Source: Candidatus Parcubacteria bacterium
GTDB lineage: Bacteria; Patescibacteriota; Minisyncoccia; Phycocordibacterales; Zambryskibacteraceae
Reading direction: 5' to 3'
Length of the DNA stretch: 64,000 nt
Assembly (NCBI GenBank): GCA_019658995.1
Contig: JAIFWN010000002.1
Location: forward strand, 29,262 to 93,261
Positions 18,131-27,611 of this stretch are shown here, in pieces. The notes beneath the pieces are model-generated. The model had not been told where the DNA came from. It was given only the letters and a program-made list of their open reading frames with translations, and ran no database searches. The translations under genes were made by a program, and so were the position numbers. Each line of letters opens with the position of its first letter. Within the stretch, counting starts at the first letter, position 1.

Positions 18131-18421
18131 ATGCTGGGTCAAGCTTCCGTTTTGTTCCTCCAATACCGAGTGCCTGGAGATTGGATTTCCCTTCTGGTAA
18201 TCGCGCTCATATCTTGCCTGCTGTATTTGGCGAGCGATCAGTCAAATCGGAAGAAACTGTGGTATCTAGGCTGTGTTCTACTCTCGATGTACGGCCTAGC
18301 CTTGATCATCAGTTTCGATTGGCTGATAGGCCTGATTCTTTGTGTAGCCGGTATTTGGTTTGCCTTTCTTACGCATACGTACTGGCCACAACCATCATCT
18401 AATGTACCGCGGTCGTCATGA
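18131..18421 (+). CDS. hypothetical small membrane protein (3 TM)
   Basis: The in-frame ATG at 18131 is preceded by an AGGA element. The product is strongly hydrophobic (LLVIALISCLLYL…, LIGLILCVAGIWFAF). The longer track ORF (18011..) overlaps ychF. Confidence 0.35.
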   Translation: MLGQASVLFLQYRVPGDWISLLVIALISCLLYLASDQSNRKKLWYLGCVLLSMYGLALIISFDWLIGLILCVAGIWFAFLTHTYWPQPSSNVPRSS

Positions 18422-18504
18422 CTGCGGTTGTTTTAACTAAATTAGCTTGACTTATTATACAATAAATAGTACTCTACGTATAGACTCAGAGATGGGAGAA
18501 CCCC

Positions 18505-18720
18505 ATGGCGACCCAGGCCGGCCCTAGATTGCATGTCCACACGAACGGTGGATTCGTAACCCTCGAGAAGACGCCCCGCGGCACCATATCCTTCAAAGTT
18601 GAAGGTGGCAGCATGTTCGGGGGCCAAGCCTCTTCGAGACCGAGCGAGTGCGATCAAAGGGATACCGAGGAAGTAGCACAGTGGTTTCGGGAGCAATTCC
18701 CCGCCACTCAGAGCTACTGA
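18505..18720 (+). CDS. hypothetical small protein (71 aa)
   Basis: A GGGAGAA element lies 5 nt upstream of the ATG. An upstream TTGACT/AT-rich promoter-like sequence and a strong intrinsic terminator immediately downstream support an independent transcription unit. Confidence 0.4.
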   Translation: MATQAGPRLHVHTNGGFVTLEKTPRGTISFKVEGGSMFGGQASSRPSECDQRDTEEVAQWFREQFPATQSY

Positions 18721-18725
18721 CCTGA

Positions 18726-18756
18726 ATACGAAAGACCGCGACGAGGCGGTCTTTTT
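18726..18756 (+). terminator. rho-independent terminator
   Basis: The sequence agaccgcgacgaggcggtc forms a stem, followed by tttttt. Confidence 0.6.
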
Positions 18757-18758
18757 TA

Positions 18759-19340
18759 CTACTTAGCTTTTCTGCCTAAGTTGAAAACTTTGCGCTTGAT
18801 GCGCTCGCGGCGGCCAGTAGTGCCGAAGTGCTTCAAATATCCAAATTGTTTCTTGCGGATGGGGCTGAAGCCGGCAAACCAGAGGATACCCTTCCGGAGC
18901 TCGTTGGTGGTATCGCCAAAGACAAGCCATTGGGCGAGGGGGATGGTGTCTGAGGTAATGATCATGCGGGCCGACTTTCCCTTCATGAGCTTCTTCCAGC
19001 TGAAGTCACCGGTGAAGTTGAAGGCGAAGCCAGGCAGCCATACCCTGTCGAAGAGTCCCTTCAAAAGAGCCGGCATGGTAGACCACCAAGATGGATAAAG
19101 GACGACGAAGTGGTCGCACCAGCGCATGTTCTCCTGGAAGGCCAGGAGGTCCGGCTCGAGCTCCTGCCGCACCTTGTAGCCATGATGGAGGATGGGATCG
19201 AACTGCATGTCCCCGATATTCATCCGGCGCACTTCATGTCCGGCCCCAGAGGCTCCGCGCTCATATTCGGAGGCCAGAGTACTATTAAAGGAATCCTTGT
19301 CAGGGTGACCAAGGAGTATAAATACTTTCTTTTGTTTCAT
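18759..19340 (-). CDS. flavodoxin-like fold NAD(P)H-dependent oxidoreductase (NQO/KefF family)
   Basis: The 193-aa ORF starts MKQKKVFILLGHPDKDSFNSTLA and shows the typical NQO1-like pattern. Confidence 0.7.
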   Translation of the reverse strand: MKQKKVFILLGHPDKDSFNSTLASEYERGASGAGHEVRRMNIGDMQFDPILHHGYKVRQELEPDLLAFQENMRWCDHFVVLYPSWWSTMPALLKGLFDRVWLPGFAFNFTGDFSWKKLMKGKSARMIITSDTIPLAQWLVFGDTTNELRKGILWFAGFSPIRKKQFGYLKHFGTTGRRERIKRKVFNLGRKAK

Positions 19341-19582
19341 CGCATTAACTTCTGAAATTCTGCCTGGTGCTCGCGCATCACGGCCATAGTAGCCTCCATC
19401 TCGCTCTGTCCGCTCTTCTTGCGCTTCTCCACCTCCTTGCCAATTTTTTTAAAAAATTCTGGATTTCTCTCCATCACGCCCATGATCATATCTCTCTGGG
19501 CTTCAGGTACCCCCTTGAGCTTGTGCTTCAGCACCTGCCTCAGCATAAAATCTTTTATTCCCATGATTGTATTATATACCAT
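19337..19582 (-). CDS. hypothetical small protein
   Basis: The 81-aa ORF is a charged helical protein, translationally coupled by a 4-nt overlap to the downstream flavoprotein gene. Confidence 0.4.
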   Translation of the reverse strand: MVYNTIMGIKDFMLRQVLKHKLKGVPEAQRDMIMGVMERNPEFFKKIGKEVEKRKKSGQSEMEATMAVMREHQAEFQKLMR

Positions 19583-19591
19583 TAGCCAAAG

Positions 19592-19626
19592 CGCCCTGAC
19601 CGTAAGGTCCAGGGCGCTTTTTTAAT
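19592..19626. terminator. intergenic GC-rich hairpin with flanking A/T tracts (terminator-like, strand ambiguous)
   Basis: The sequence aagcgccctg-accgtaaggt-ccagggcgctt forms the hairpin. It is followed by ttttt on the plus strand and preceded by aaaaaa when read on the minus strand. It lies between two minus-strand small genes. Confidence 0.45.
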
Positions 19627-19641
19627 CCTTCAACCTTTAAA

Positions 19642-19803
19642 CTAGGCGTTCTTGGGGAGAATCTTATACATGCCGGTACCACAGACGGTGCAGGTACCCT
19701 TAGCAGCCGGACGGCCGGGCTTTATCTCAACCCTCTTCACGTCCTTCATTTCGCGCTTCTCTTTGCATTTAACGCAGTATCCTATTACTTTTTCTTCAGC
19801 CAT
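19642..19803 (-). CDS. small zinc-ribbon protein (53 aa, 2x CxxC), not in the ORF track
   Basis: Hand translation gives MAEEKVIGYCVKCKEKREMKDVKRVEIKPGRPAAKGTCTVCGTGMYKILPKNA*. It resembles small conserved zinc-ribbon hypothetical proteins. Confidence 0.55.
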   Translation of the reverse strand: MAEEKVIGYCVKCKEKREMKDVKRVEIKPGRPAAKGTCTVCGTGMYKILPKNA

Positions 19804-19861
19804 AAATCTTTATTGCTTATAATTACCTTGTAAAGCCTAGCACAGCCCGGGGAAAAATGGG

Positions 19862-19934
19862 TGGACCCTATCGGATTCGAACCGATGACCTCCTCATTGC
19901 AAATGAGGCGCTCTACCAACTAAGCTAAGGGCCC
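19862..19934 (-). tRNA. tRNA-Ala (anticodon UGC)
   Basis: The sequence GGGCCCTTAGCTTAGTTGGTAGAGCGCCTCATTTGCAATGAGGAGGTCATCGGTTCGAATCCGATAGGGTCCA folds as a cloverleaf with anticodon loop tTGCa. It has the G3:U70 alanine identity pair and discriminator A. The CCA is not fully encoded. Confidence 0.9.
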
Positions 19935-20315
19935 GTAAAGACCTATATTACTCGACGGTGTCTATAAATTCAAGCAGAATAAGGCCAAAAAGAGGCTTAC
20001 CCCCATTTCTACCCTGTATACAAGAGTTCATAGGCTATGAAAGTTTCCCGCTCAAATTAACCACGTTTGACAACCTGCTGGTAGGCTTGTATTGTGAAAA
20101 AGGACTATCCAAGCCCGAGGTTTGCATGATTCTTCCCGATTCCGCCCCAGATGTCATCCCCGCACTGGTACTTGGAACTCTCGGCAGTGTTGTCCTCGCC
20201 AAAAGCGTTCACTTTGTAGTGAGAACCGCGAAGTGGAAGCCTCTTCCTCAGGATATAGGCTCGCGGGACCGAGAGTGTCCATCAAGATTCAGCCTCCCGA
20301 AGGCAAGACAAGGTG

Positions 20316-20343
20316 AACCCGTCACGTGACGGGTTATTTTATA
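20316..20343 (+). terminator. perfect 20-nt palindromic hairpin followed by a U-rich tract
   Basis: The palindrome aacccgtcac/gtgacgggtt is followed by atttta. It lies at the ddl stop and at the 3' end of a ~370-nt non-coding stretch on the plus strand. Confidence 0.5.
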
Positions 20344-21220
20344 CTGCAAGAGACACTACATGCTCGATAAATTCCTTAGGCGAGATGCCAACCGATGAGA
20401 GTGAGGCCGACAAGGCCGAATCTTGGTCGAATTCAGGCAGAGCGTTAGTTTCCAGTATATAAATTCTTCCCTTGGATGTAACGACAAAATCCGAGGATGA
20501 ATAATGCCTGAGGCCGAGAGACTTATGTGCCTCTCTGGCCATATGCTCGATTTGTTTATGAATACTTGGCTTAAATTCATTCGGAGAGGGTATAAGTGTG
20601 TATAAGTCCTGATCTCTGAACCTTTCCATTACTGCGCAGCTGGCTTCTGTGCCTCGTATATACTCCTCGACCATTACTCTTTCGGCATGGCTGAAGGCTC
20701 CGGCTACCGCGTGCTTCAGTTCCTCGAAACTATGCACCATCTCCTCTCCGAGAGAGAATCTCCCGTGTACCGGCTTTACCATTACCGGATGAACATAGGT
20801 GCGAAAAATATGCAGAAGATCATCTAAGGATGCGTCATGGGTGACTACTTCATGTTTCGGTGTAAGCAGTCCGCTCTTGGCATAGATGTTCTTGGCAAGA
20901 TCTTTACTGAAAGAGATGGTCAGCCCCAGAGTTCCTGAACCTGTATGCGGCATGTTTAAGTTGGAGAGCAGTCTGCTCACCTCGCCATCTTCGCCATAAT
21001 TTCCATGAAGAGCGTTCCAAACCAGGTCTATATGTATAAGAGCCTTTTGCGGATCCTGCCTGCGACCCATGATGTGCCACTCGCCGTTCTTCGATATAAA
21101 AACATCCACTGGCTCATACTTCTCCGGCATCTCACGCAGAAGCGAGAGGACGTGTCCGCCCGTCTTAAGGGAGTTCTCATAATGTGCGGACGGCCCGCCG
21201 CGAAGAACTGCTATGCGCAT
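20339..21220 (-). CDS. ddl: D-alanine--D-alanine ligase
   Basis: The protein starts MRIAVLRGGPSAHYENSL… and has an ATP-grasp C-terminal half. The start is taken at the internal Met rather than the extended ORF. Confidence 0.85.
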   Translation of the reverse strand: MRIAVLRGGPSAHYENSLKTGGHVLSLLREMPEKYEPVDVFISKNGEWHIMGRRQDPQKALIHIDLVWNALHGNYGEDGEVSRLLSNLNMPHTGSGTLGLTISFSKDLAKNIYAKSGLLTPKHEVVTHDASLDDLLHIFRTYVHPVMVKPVHGRFSLGEEMVHSFEELKHAVAGAFSHAERVMVEEYIRGTEASCAVMERFRDQDLYTLIPSPNEFKPSIHKQIEHMAREAHKSLGLRHYSSSDFVVTSKGRIYILETNALPEFDQDSALSASLSSVGISPKEFIEHVVSLAV

Positions 21221-21227
21221 CCATAGA

Positions 21228-22469
21228 TTATATCCTAAAACCTTTGCCGCGCAGTTTGCGGTGATAGCCAATAGCAAAGCGATGCGCGTCGGCATTGGCC
21301 AGAAGTATCGATTTACCCCAAGCTTTTATAATTTTTTCATCTCCAAGAATATGTTTGGCCTTGTGCCTCTCATCCTTCACTACCGCGACAACCTCGATCT
21401 TCTGATTCTTGAAAACTTCTTTAGCAGCGTTTAGCTGGCCGACTCCTCCGTCTATCACCACTACCTGCGGCATGTCCCACTCCGGGTGGTTAAGCCTTCT
21501 GGTGATAACCTCCTTCAAATTCCCTACATCATCGTTTTTATCTACTCTGATTTTGAATTTACGGTACTGGCTCTTATTGAGCTCTCCGTCTTCTACCACG
21601 ACCATCACACCCACTGCTTGCTTGCCGCTCATGTGAGCAATGTCATAGGCTTCAATACGCACCGTGTCTGCAGAGTGAGTGCGCTCTATGTCGCGTTTGA
21701 TGAGAGCCATGTCCTGAATATGCTCAAGGGCATAGAGAGTGTGCTTAATCTTATCGGCCTCCTCGAATTTCTGCTCCTTAGCTAAGGACTTCATCTCCTT
21801 CTCCAGATCTTTGATAAGTTCGACCTTCTTGCCTTCAAAGAAGAGCTGAATGCGCTTCACTTGCTTTCGATACTCGCGTTTAGTAATCCAACCGGCACAA
21901 GGACCTGGGCAAAGACCGATCTGGGCATTGAAGCAGGGTTTGCCGGCTCGCCCCGCCGTGGCGGGGTAAACTTTACACTTCTCATCCCGATACGGGAATA
22001 TTCTGCGAATAATTTTGAGTGCCTCTCGAAGCTCACTCCCATGCGGAAAGGGTCCGTACACCGCTTTCGACTTGTAACCTTTTTCCTCAAGCTTCTGCTC
22101 AAGGCCGCGGCCCCTGATCACTATCAATCTAGGAAAGTCTTCATCGGTGATAATTACGTAGTTGCTGCTCTTATCATCCCGATCCTTGGAGTTGTAATAG
22201 GGTTTATGTTTCTTGATCTGGTGAGCCTCTAGCATCAGAGCCTCGAGCACGGAGTCGGTAGTAGTGTGAGCGATGGTGACTGCCTCACCGATCATTTTTA
22301 CCAAAAGCGGACCGCGAGTGTGTATAAGATCTGAACCGAAGTAGCTCTTGACCCTGTCTTTAAGCGAAGTGGCTTTACCTATATACAAAATCTCCTTCTT
22401 TGGCCCAAAGAAATAGTAAACACCCGGACAATCCGGCAGATCGAGTTTCTGTAGCTCTTGACTTTTCAT
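21228..22469 (-). CDS. uvrC: excinuclease ABC subunit C, short form lacking the C-terminal HhH2 domain
   Basis: The protein has a GIY-YIG motif (GVYYFFGPKKEILYIGKATSLKDRVKSY), a Cys-rich region, a UVR domain (KFEEADKIKHTLYALEHI) and a C-terminal RNase H-like endonuclease domain (AYDIAHMSGKQ…VIDGGVGQL). Confidence 0.85.
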   Translation of the reverse strand: MKSQELQKLDLPDCPGVYYFFGPKKEILYIGKATSLKDRVKSYFGSDLIHTRGPLLVKMIGEAVTIAHTTTDSVLEALMLEAHQIKKHKPYYNSKDRDDKSSNYVIITDEDFPRLIVIRGRGLEQKLEEKGYKSKAVYGPFPHGSELREALKIIRRIFPYRDEKCKVYPATAGRAGKPCFNAQIGLCPGPCAGWITKREYRKQVKRIQLFFEGKKVELIKDLEKEMKSLAKEQKFEEADKIKHTLYALEHIQDMALIKRDIERTHSADTVRIEAYDIAHMSGKQAVGVMVVVEDGELNKSQYRKFKIRVDKNDDVGNLKEVITRRLNHPEWDMPQVVVIDGGVGQLNAAKEVFKNQKIEVVAVVKDERHKAKHILGDEKIIKAWGKSILLANADAHRFAIGYHRKLRGKGFRI

Positions 22470-22522
22470 TTGTGATATATTACTATATGGACAGAACACA
22501 CACAAACTCAACTGGAGAGAAC

Positions 22523-22837
22523 ATGAAAAGACATGGAATCGCCAGGTCGAGAACGAAGAGGGATAAGCGGAATCGACGTGCCCAGGTGGAGCTTCAAGAG
22601 TCTACGACCGAGAAGGAACTCGAGAGAGAATCTCAGAGCCTCTGCCCGAGTGTCGAAGAGATCGCCGCGGGTTCGTCCGGACTTCTAACTCAGTCCATGG
22701 AGGATCTGATGGGTCAGGACCATGGAGCGCCTCCCGCACAACAGAGCAGCACAGACGAGGGTTGGCGACCTTTTGATGACGGTCCTGGATTCGATGGGCG
22801 TGGATGGGGACGAGATCCCACGCGAGATGTCCTCTAG
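22523..22837 (+). CDS. hypothetical low-complexity protein with a basic N-terminus and acidic C-terminus
   Basis: The start is taken at the ATG preceded by GGAGAG. The gene is divergent from uvrC and is followed by a terminator. Confidence 0.35.
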   Translation: MKRHGIARSRTKRDKRNRRAQVELQESTTEKELERESQSLCPSVEEIAAGSSGLLTQSMEDLMGQDHGAPPAQQSSTDEGWRPFDDGPGFDGRGWGRDPTRDVL

Positions 22838-22846
22838 CTATCCTGA

Positions 22847-22884
22847 GTGCGTAGGCAAGACCTGCGCACTTTTCTTTTTATTTC
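22847..22884 (+). terminator. rho-independent terminator
   Basis: The sequence gtgcgtagg-caag-acctgcgcac forms the stem, followed by ttttcttttt. Confidence 0.5.
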
Positions 22885-25490
22885 CTCTTACTCTTTCCTA
22901 AAACCTTCCGCAGATACTCCCCTGTATGCGTGTCAGTATTGGCCACCTCTTCCGGCGTGCCTTTGGCTACGAGCTTCCCTCCCCCGTCGCCGCCATCCGG
23001 GCCGATATCTATCACATAGTCAGCACTTTTTATGAAGTCCAGATTATGTTCGATGACCACTACAGTATTGCCGCTCTGTACCAGCTTCTGCAGAATTTCG
23101 ATCAGCTTCTTCACATCTTCATAATGCAAGCCGATAGTCGGCTCGTCCAAGAGATAAATCGTCTTTTGCAGATGCGGACGATAGAGTTCCGAGGCGATCT
23201 TAACTCTCTGGGCCTCGCCGCCTGAGAGCGTTGTGGCGCTCTGACCGAGTTTCAAGTATCCGAGGCCCACATCATTAAGAGTTTTCAGCCTGTCATATAT
23301 GCTCGGTATGTCTTCGAAGAACCCGATTGCTTCTTCTACAGTCATCTCCAGAATGTCATAGATGGACTTCTTTTTATAGTGCACCTCGAGAGTCTCCTTC
23401 ATGAACCTTTTTCCCCTACATACATCGCAGGGTACGTAGACGGTTGGCAAGAAGTGCATCTCTACCTCAATCATGCCGTTACCCTGACATGTCTCGCATC
23501 GGCCGCCCTTGACATTGAAACTGAAGCGGTTGGCTTTCCAACCTCTGGCCCTGGCTTCTTCGGACGTGGCGAACAATTCACGGATAAATGTGAAGGCGCC
23601 TGTATATGTGGCAGGGTTACTTCTTGGAGTTCTGCCGATCGCTGACTGATCTATGAGAATTGCACGGCTCAAATACTCCGTGCCGGTAAAGCTCTGGGCA
23701 TTGTAGGTAGCCGCACTTCTGTACTTCTTCTCCAATCTTGCCTGCAGGTTTTTGTAAAGAATTTCATAAACGAAAGAGGATTTGCCTGAGCCTGATACTC
23801 CAGTGACAGCAATGAGCCGGCCGAGCGGAACATCGACGTTCATGTGTTTTATATTGAAGATCTTGCCTCCGCGTATTTGTACCATACCCTTCTCGCTTTC
23901 CCTCCTTTCCTCGGGAATTTCTATCTTTTCCTCGCCACGGAGATACGCAAGCGTGAGCGAACCCGAAGTATTTTTCTTCGCAGTCAGGAGTTCCTCTAGA
24001 TCACCGGATACCACTACCTCTCCGCCGTGTCTGCCCGCACCGGGACCGATATCTACAATGTAATCAGAGGAGTAAATAGTGTCCTCGTCGTGCTCGACCA
24101 CGATAATAGTGTTGCCGAGATCGCGGAGATCTATAAGGGTTTTAATGAGCCTTGCGTTGTCACGAGAGTGGAGACCGATAGTCGGTTCGTCCAAAACATA
24201 TAGAGCACCGACCAATCCCGAACCGAGCTGGCTAGCCAAGCGTATGCGCTGGGCCTCACCGCCGGAGAGGGTATGGGCTCGGCGGTCGAGCGAGAGATAC
24301 TCGATGCCGACATTTAGCATAAACTCGAGCCTCGCGCTTATCTCTTTGGTCACGACGCTTGAAATTCCCTTCTCTCTTGCAGTCAGCCTTAATTTCTTGA
24401 AGAATTCATCGCACTCTTTGATGGAGAGAGCTGTAATCTCGACAATGTTCTTGCCGCCGACCAAAACTTTCAAAGCCTCTTCGCGCAGTCTCTGGCCCTT
24501 GCACTTCGGACACGGCTCATGGCTGAAGAAATACTTCGTACCCAGACCATTGCACTCCGGACAGGCTCCGTAAGGCGAGTTGAATGAGAAGAGTCTCGGT
24601 TCGATCTCCGGGAAGGAGAAACCGTCGAAGGGACACGACCACTTGGCAGACATTAGAAACTCTTCCGGATTTTCCTGCTTATTGGCCATATCCCTGAATC
24701 GCAGGACTACAAGACCCTCGGACTCGTGGATAGCCTTCTCTATAGATTCAGAAAGCCGCTCCTCAGCGCTCTTTGGATCGGTTTTAAATTCATTTAGGCT
24801 GACGGCGTCCACAAGTACCGATATGGAATGCTGTTTGGTCTTCGTAAGCTCTATGCGCTCGCGTAAGTTCTTCCTCACGTTGTCTACCAGGACTTCGCCG
24901 TAGCCCTTGCCCAAGAGATCATAGAGAAGCTGGTAGTACTCGCCCTTCCTGCCGCGTACAATGGGAGAGAATATTTCGGCATATACTGGCAGATCGATCT
25001 TCTTGCCCTTAGGCATAGTGGCCATCTTCTCCCCGATTTTGGCCAATATAAAATTCTTGATCTCTTCATTAGACAGTTTCTGAATCTCGCGGCCGCAGAC
25101 AAGGCAGTGCGGGCGGCCGATACGTGCGTATAGAATACGCAGATAATCATAAATCTCGGTGATGGTAGCCACCGTCGAGCGAGGGTTATTGGAGCGTGAC
25201 TTCTGGTCAATCGAGATAGCTGGCGAGAGGCCGATAATCTCATCGACATCGGGCTTTTGCATCTGATGCAAGAACTGGCGGGCATATGAGGAGAGACTTT
25301 CAACGTAGCGCCTCTGACCCTCGGCAAAGATAGTATCGAAGGCGAGCGATGATTTGCCCGATCCGGAAAGACCGGTGAAAACCACCATTTTACCTCGCGG
25401 CATCTCAACCGTAATGTTCTTAAGGTTGTGCGTCCTGGCGCCCTTCACTATGATTTTCTCCTCTGAGAGGTTCTTTTTGTCTTTTGACAT
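22878..25490 (-). CDS. uvrA: excinuclease ABC subunit A
   Basis: The 870-aa ORF has two ABC ATPase modules ([21 protein letters not shown]), zinc-finger Cys motifs and LSGGE signatures. Confidence 0.95.
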   Translation of the reverse strand: MSKDKKNLSEEKIIVKGARTHNLKNITVEMPRGKMVVFTGLSGSGKSSLAFDTIFAEGQRRYVESLSSYARQFLHQMQKPDVDEIIGLSPAISIDQKSRSNNPRSTVATITEIYDYLRILYARIGRPHCLVCGREIQKLSNEEIKNFILAKIGEKMATMPKGKKIDLPVYAEIFSPIVRGRKGEYYQLLYDLLGKGYGEVLVDNVRKNLRERIELTKTKQHSISVLVDAVSLNEFKTDPKSAEERLSESIEKAIHESEGLVVLRFRDMANKQENPEEFLMSAKWSCPFDGFSFPEIEPRLFSFNSPYGACPECNGLGTKYFFSHEPCPKCKGQRLREEALKVLVGGKNIVEITALSIKECDEFFKKLRLTAREKGISSVVTKEISARLEFMLNVGIEYLSLDRRAHTLSGGEAQRIRLASQLGSGLVGALYVLDEPTIGLHSRDNARLIKTLIDLRDLGNTIIVVEHDEDTIYSSDYIVDIGPGAGRHGGEVVVSGDLEELLTAKKNTSGSLTLAYLRGEEKIEIPEERRESEKGMVQIRGGKIFNIKHMNVDVPLGRLIAVTGVSGSGKSSFVYEILYKNLQARLEKKYRSAATYNAQSFTGTEYLSRAILIDQSAIGRTPRSNPATYTGAFTFIRELFATSEEARARGWKANRFSFNVKGGRCETCQGNGMIEVEMHFLPTVYVPCDVCRGKRFMKETLEVHYKKKSIYDILEMTVEEAIGFFEDIPSIYDRLKTLNDVGLGYLKLGQSATTLSGGEAQRVKIASELYRPHLQKTIYLLDEPTIGLHYEDVKKLIEILQKLVQSGNTVVVIEHNLDFIKSADYVIDIGPDGGDGGGKLVAKGTPEEVANTDTHTGEYLRKVLGKSKRK

Positions 25491-25548
25491 AGCAGCTGGC
25501 CCCTGGGGCAGGCCCTAGGGGTTAATATAGGCATTTTAACACACTCCT

Positions 25549-27558
25549 CTACTCTTTTCCTGGCTTTTTCATCCTAGCTTCAAGGGCACGGATTTCATCT
25601 CGAAGGATCGCGGCGGACTCGAAATCGAGGTCATGCACGGCTTCTTCCATCTCTTTCATTTTCGACTTTATCAGTTTCTTCGGATTCTTTTTGAAAAATT
25701 CTTCATCGGTTGCCAGGAGTATGTCCACCGCCTGGTGATGCTCACGCTCGAGGGTGTCGGTAATGTCTTTAATTTTTTTAAGTATAGTCTTCGGAGTAAT
25801 CCCATGCTTTTTGTTGTACTCGAGCTGTATCTTTCTCCTGCGATTGGTCTCTCCTATAGCCCTCTCAATAGAGCCTGTGACATTGTCCGCATACAGGTAA
25901 ACCCGGCCCTCGATGTTACGGGCTGCGCGGCCAATGATCTGGATAAGCGAAGTCTCAGAGCGCAAGAATCCTTCCTTATCGGCATCGAGAATACCGATAA
26001 ACATTACCTCAGGTAGGTCGAGTCCTTCGCGTAGGAGATTCACCCCCACCAGCACATCGAACTCGCCACGGCGAAACTGGGTAAGAATCTCGATGCGCTC
26101 TATGGTCTTGATATCGCTGTGAAGGTAAGCGGCCTTGATCTTCCTCTCTTTGAGGTATTCCGAGAGATCTTCGGCCATGCGCTTGGTGAGGGTCGTTGCA
26201 ATGGCCCGGCCGCCTTTGGCAATGACCTTCTCGGCCTCTTCGATGAAGTCAAAAATCTGGCCTCTATAATTTCCCTTTTCCTGTATCGGACGCACAGTCA
26301 CCTCGGGATCAATGAGACCTGTAGGCCGGATGACTTGTTCTACAACTTTTCCGGATTTCTCTTTCTCGAATTTGCCCGGTGTAGCTGAAGTGAAAATAAT
26401 TTGATTCGTCCTCTCCAGGAATTCCTCAAATCTAAGTGGTCTGTTGTCGAGTGCGCTAGGCAATCTGAAGCCGTGCTCGATAAGCGTCTCCTTGCGTGAC
26501 TTATCACCGGCATACATGCCTCCGATCTGCGATACTGTCACATGAGACTCATCTATGACAGTCAGAAAATCCTTTGGGAAATACGAGAGCAAGGTATCAG
26601 GAGCTTCTCCGGGTTTACGACCGCTGAAGTGGCGTGAATAATTCTCTATACCATTCGTGTATCCGATTTCGCGGATGAGGGCAAGATCGTAAGTAGTTCT
26701 CCTCTTTAATCTCTCTGCTTCCAAAATTTTCCCTCCTTTCTTCAGCTCCTCAAGCCTGTCTTCCAATTCACTCTTAATACTCTGAAGCGCCCTCTTTGCC
26801 TGATCATCCTGGGTGATGAAGTGTTTGGCCGGGAATATGAAGTAGTTCTCGGGCTCGGAAACGATTGTGCGGGAGGTTGCATCAATGCGCTTGATAGCGG
26901 CGATCCGGCCCTCCTCAATTTCAATCCTATAAATCATCCTCTCCCCAGTGGGCATAATCTCAATGGCGTTGCCAAGGGCTCGAAATTGCCCGGGCTTCAC
27001 ATCGAGACTGGTACGGGAGAAGTGAATGCGTATGAGTTCGCGGATAAAGTCAGCACGGCTGATATCCTGACCAACTTTCACCTTGATATTTACCTTTTCA
27101 TACTCCTCGGGAGAGCCAAGACCGTATATGCAGGAAACAGAGGCTACGATAATCACATCTTTGCGTGTCAGGAGAGCCTGAGTCGAGGCGTGACGAAGAC
27201 GATCTATTTCCTCATTTATCATGGCTTCTTTCTCTATATAAGTATCTGTCACCGGCATGTAAGCCTCCGGCTGGTAATAGTCGTAATAGGAGACGAAGTA
27301 GTGCACGGCGTTCTCAGGGAAAAACTCTCTATACTCCTGGGCAAGCTGGGCTGCCAAGGTCTTGTTGTGCGCAATGACAAGGGTGGGCTTGCCAATGTTT
27401 TGTATGACATTAGCCGCGGTGAAAGTCTTGCCCGAGCCGGTAACACCCAGAAGGGTCTGGAATTTGTGACCCTCCTTGATGCCTTCTGTGAGCTCCTTGA
27501 TAGCTTTGGGCTGATCACCCGCCGGCTCCCACTCCTTCTTAATCTTAAAAACTGACAT
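25549..27558 (-). CDS. uvrB: excinuclease ABC subunit B
   Basis: The 669-aa ORF has a GVTGSGKT Walker A motif, a helicase core and a C-terminal UVR domain (…LRDEIRALEARM…). Confidence 0.95.
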   Translation of the reverse strand: MSVFKIKKEWEPAGDQPKAIKELTEGIKEGHKFQTLLGVTGSGKTFTAANVIQNIGKPTLVIAHNKTLAAQLAQEYREFFPENAVHYFVSYYDYYQPEAYMPVTDTYIEKEAMINEEIDRLRHASTQALLTRKDVIIVASVSCIYGLGSPEEYEKVNIKVKVGQDISRADFIRELIRIHFSRTSLDVKPGQFRALGNAIEIMPTGERMIYRIEIEEGRIAAIKRIDATSRTIVSEPENYFIFPAKHFITQDDQAKRALQSIKSELEDRLEELKKGGKILEAERLKRRTTYDLALIREIGYTNGIENYSRHFSGRKPGEAPDTLLSYFPKDFLTVIDESHVTVSQIGGMYAGDKSRKETLIEHGFRLPSALDNRPLRFEEFLERTNQIIFTSATPGKFEKEKSGKVVEQVIRPTGLIDPEVTVRPIQEKGNYRGQIFDFIEEAEKVIAKGGRAIATTLTKRMAEDLSEYLKERKIKAAYLHSDIKTIERIEILTQFRRGEFDVLVGVNLLREGLDLPEVMFIGILDADKEGFLRSETSLIQIIGRAARNIEGRVYLYADNVTGSIERAIGETNRRRKIQLEYNKKHGITPKTILKKIKDITDTLEREHHQAVDILLATDEEFFKKNPKKLIKSKMKEMEEAVHDLDFESAAILRDEIRALEARMKKPGKE

Positions 27559-27579
27559 CTCCGTAGTATAAACTTTTGC

Positions 27580-27611
27580 TTCAGTGAAAACAAAAAAGCC
27601 CCTTAGGGGCT
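27580..27611 (-). terminator. rho-independent terminator of the RT gene
   Basis: A 6-bp hairpin (agcccc-tta-ggggct) overlaps the RT stop codon. On the minus strand it is followed by UUUUUUGUUUU. Confidence 0.6.

Noticed and set aside
18442-18696. An 84-aa minus-strand ORF overlapping the 18505..18720 small gene.
   Set aside because: It has no RBS. The plus-strand ORF has an SD, a promoter-like upstream sequence and a downstream terminator, so the minus ORF is likely the shadow.
19958-20329. A 123-aa GTG-initiated ORF in the tRNA-Ala/ddl spacer.
   Set aside because: It has no RBS, a non-canonical start, and low-complexity composition. The region is better treated as non-coding, and it is reported as an ncRNA candidate in the findings.
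19936-20343. RNase P RNA or tmRNA in the tRNA-Ala/ddl spacer.
   Set aside because: GAAAGUUUCCCGCUC resembles the P4 5' strand. The universally conserved ACAGAANCCGGCUUA and GGUAAGAGCGCACC blocks and the tmRNA tag ORF or tRNA-like end were not found on either strand. The length fits but the evidence is insufficient.
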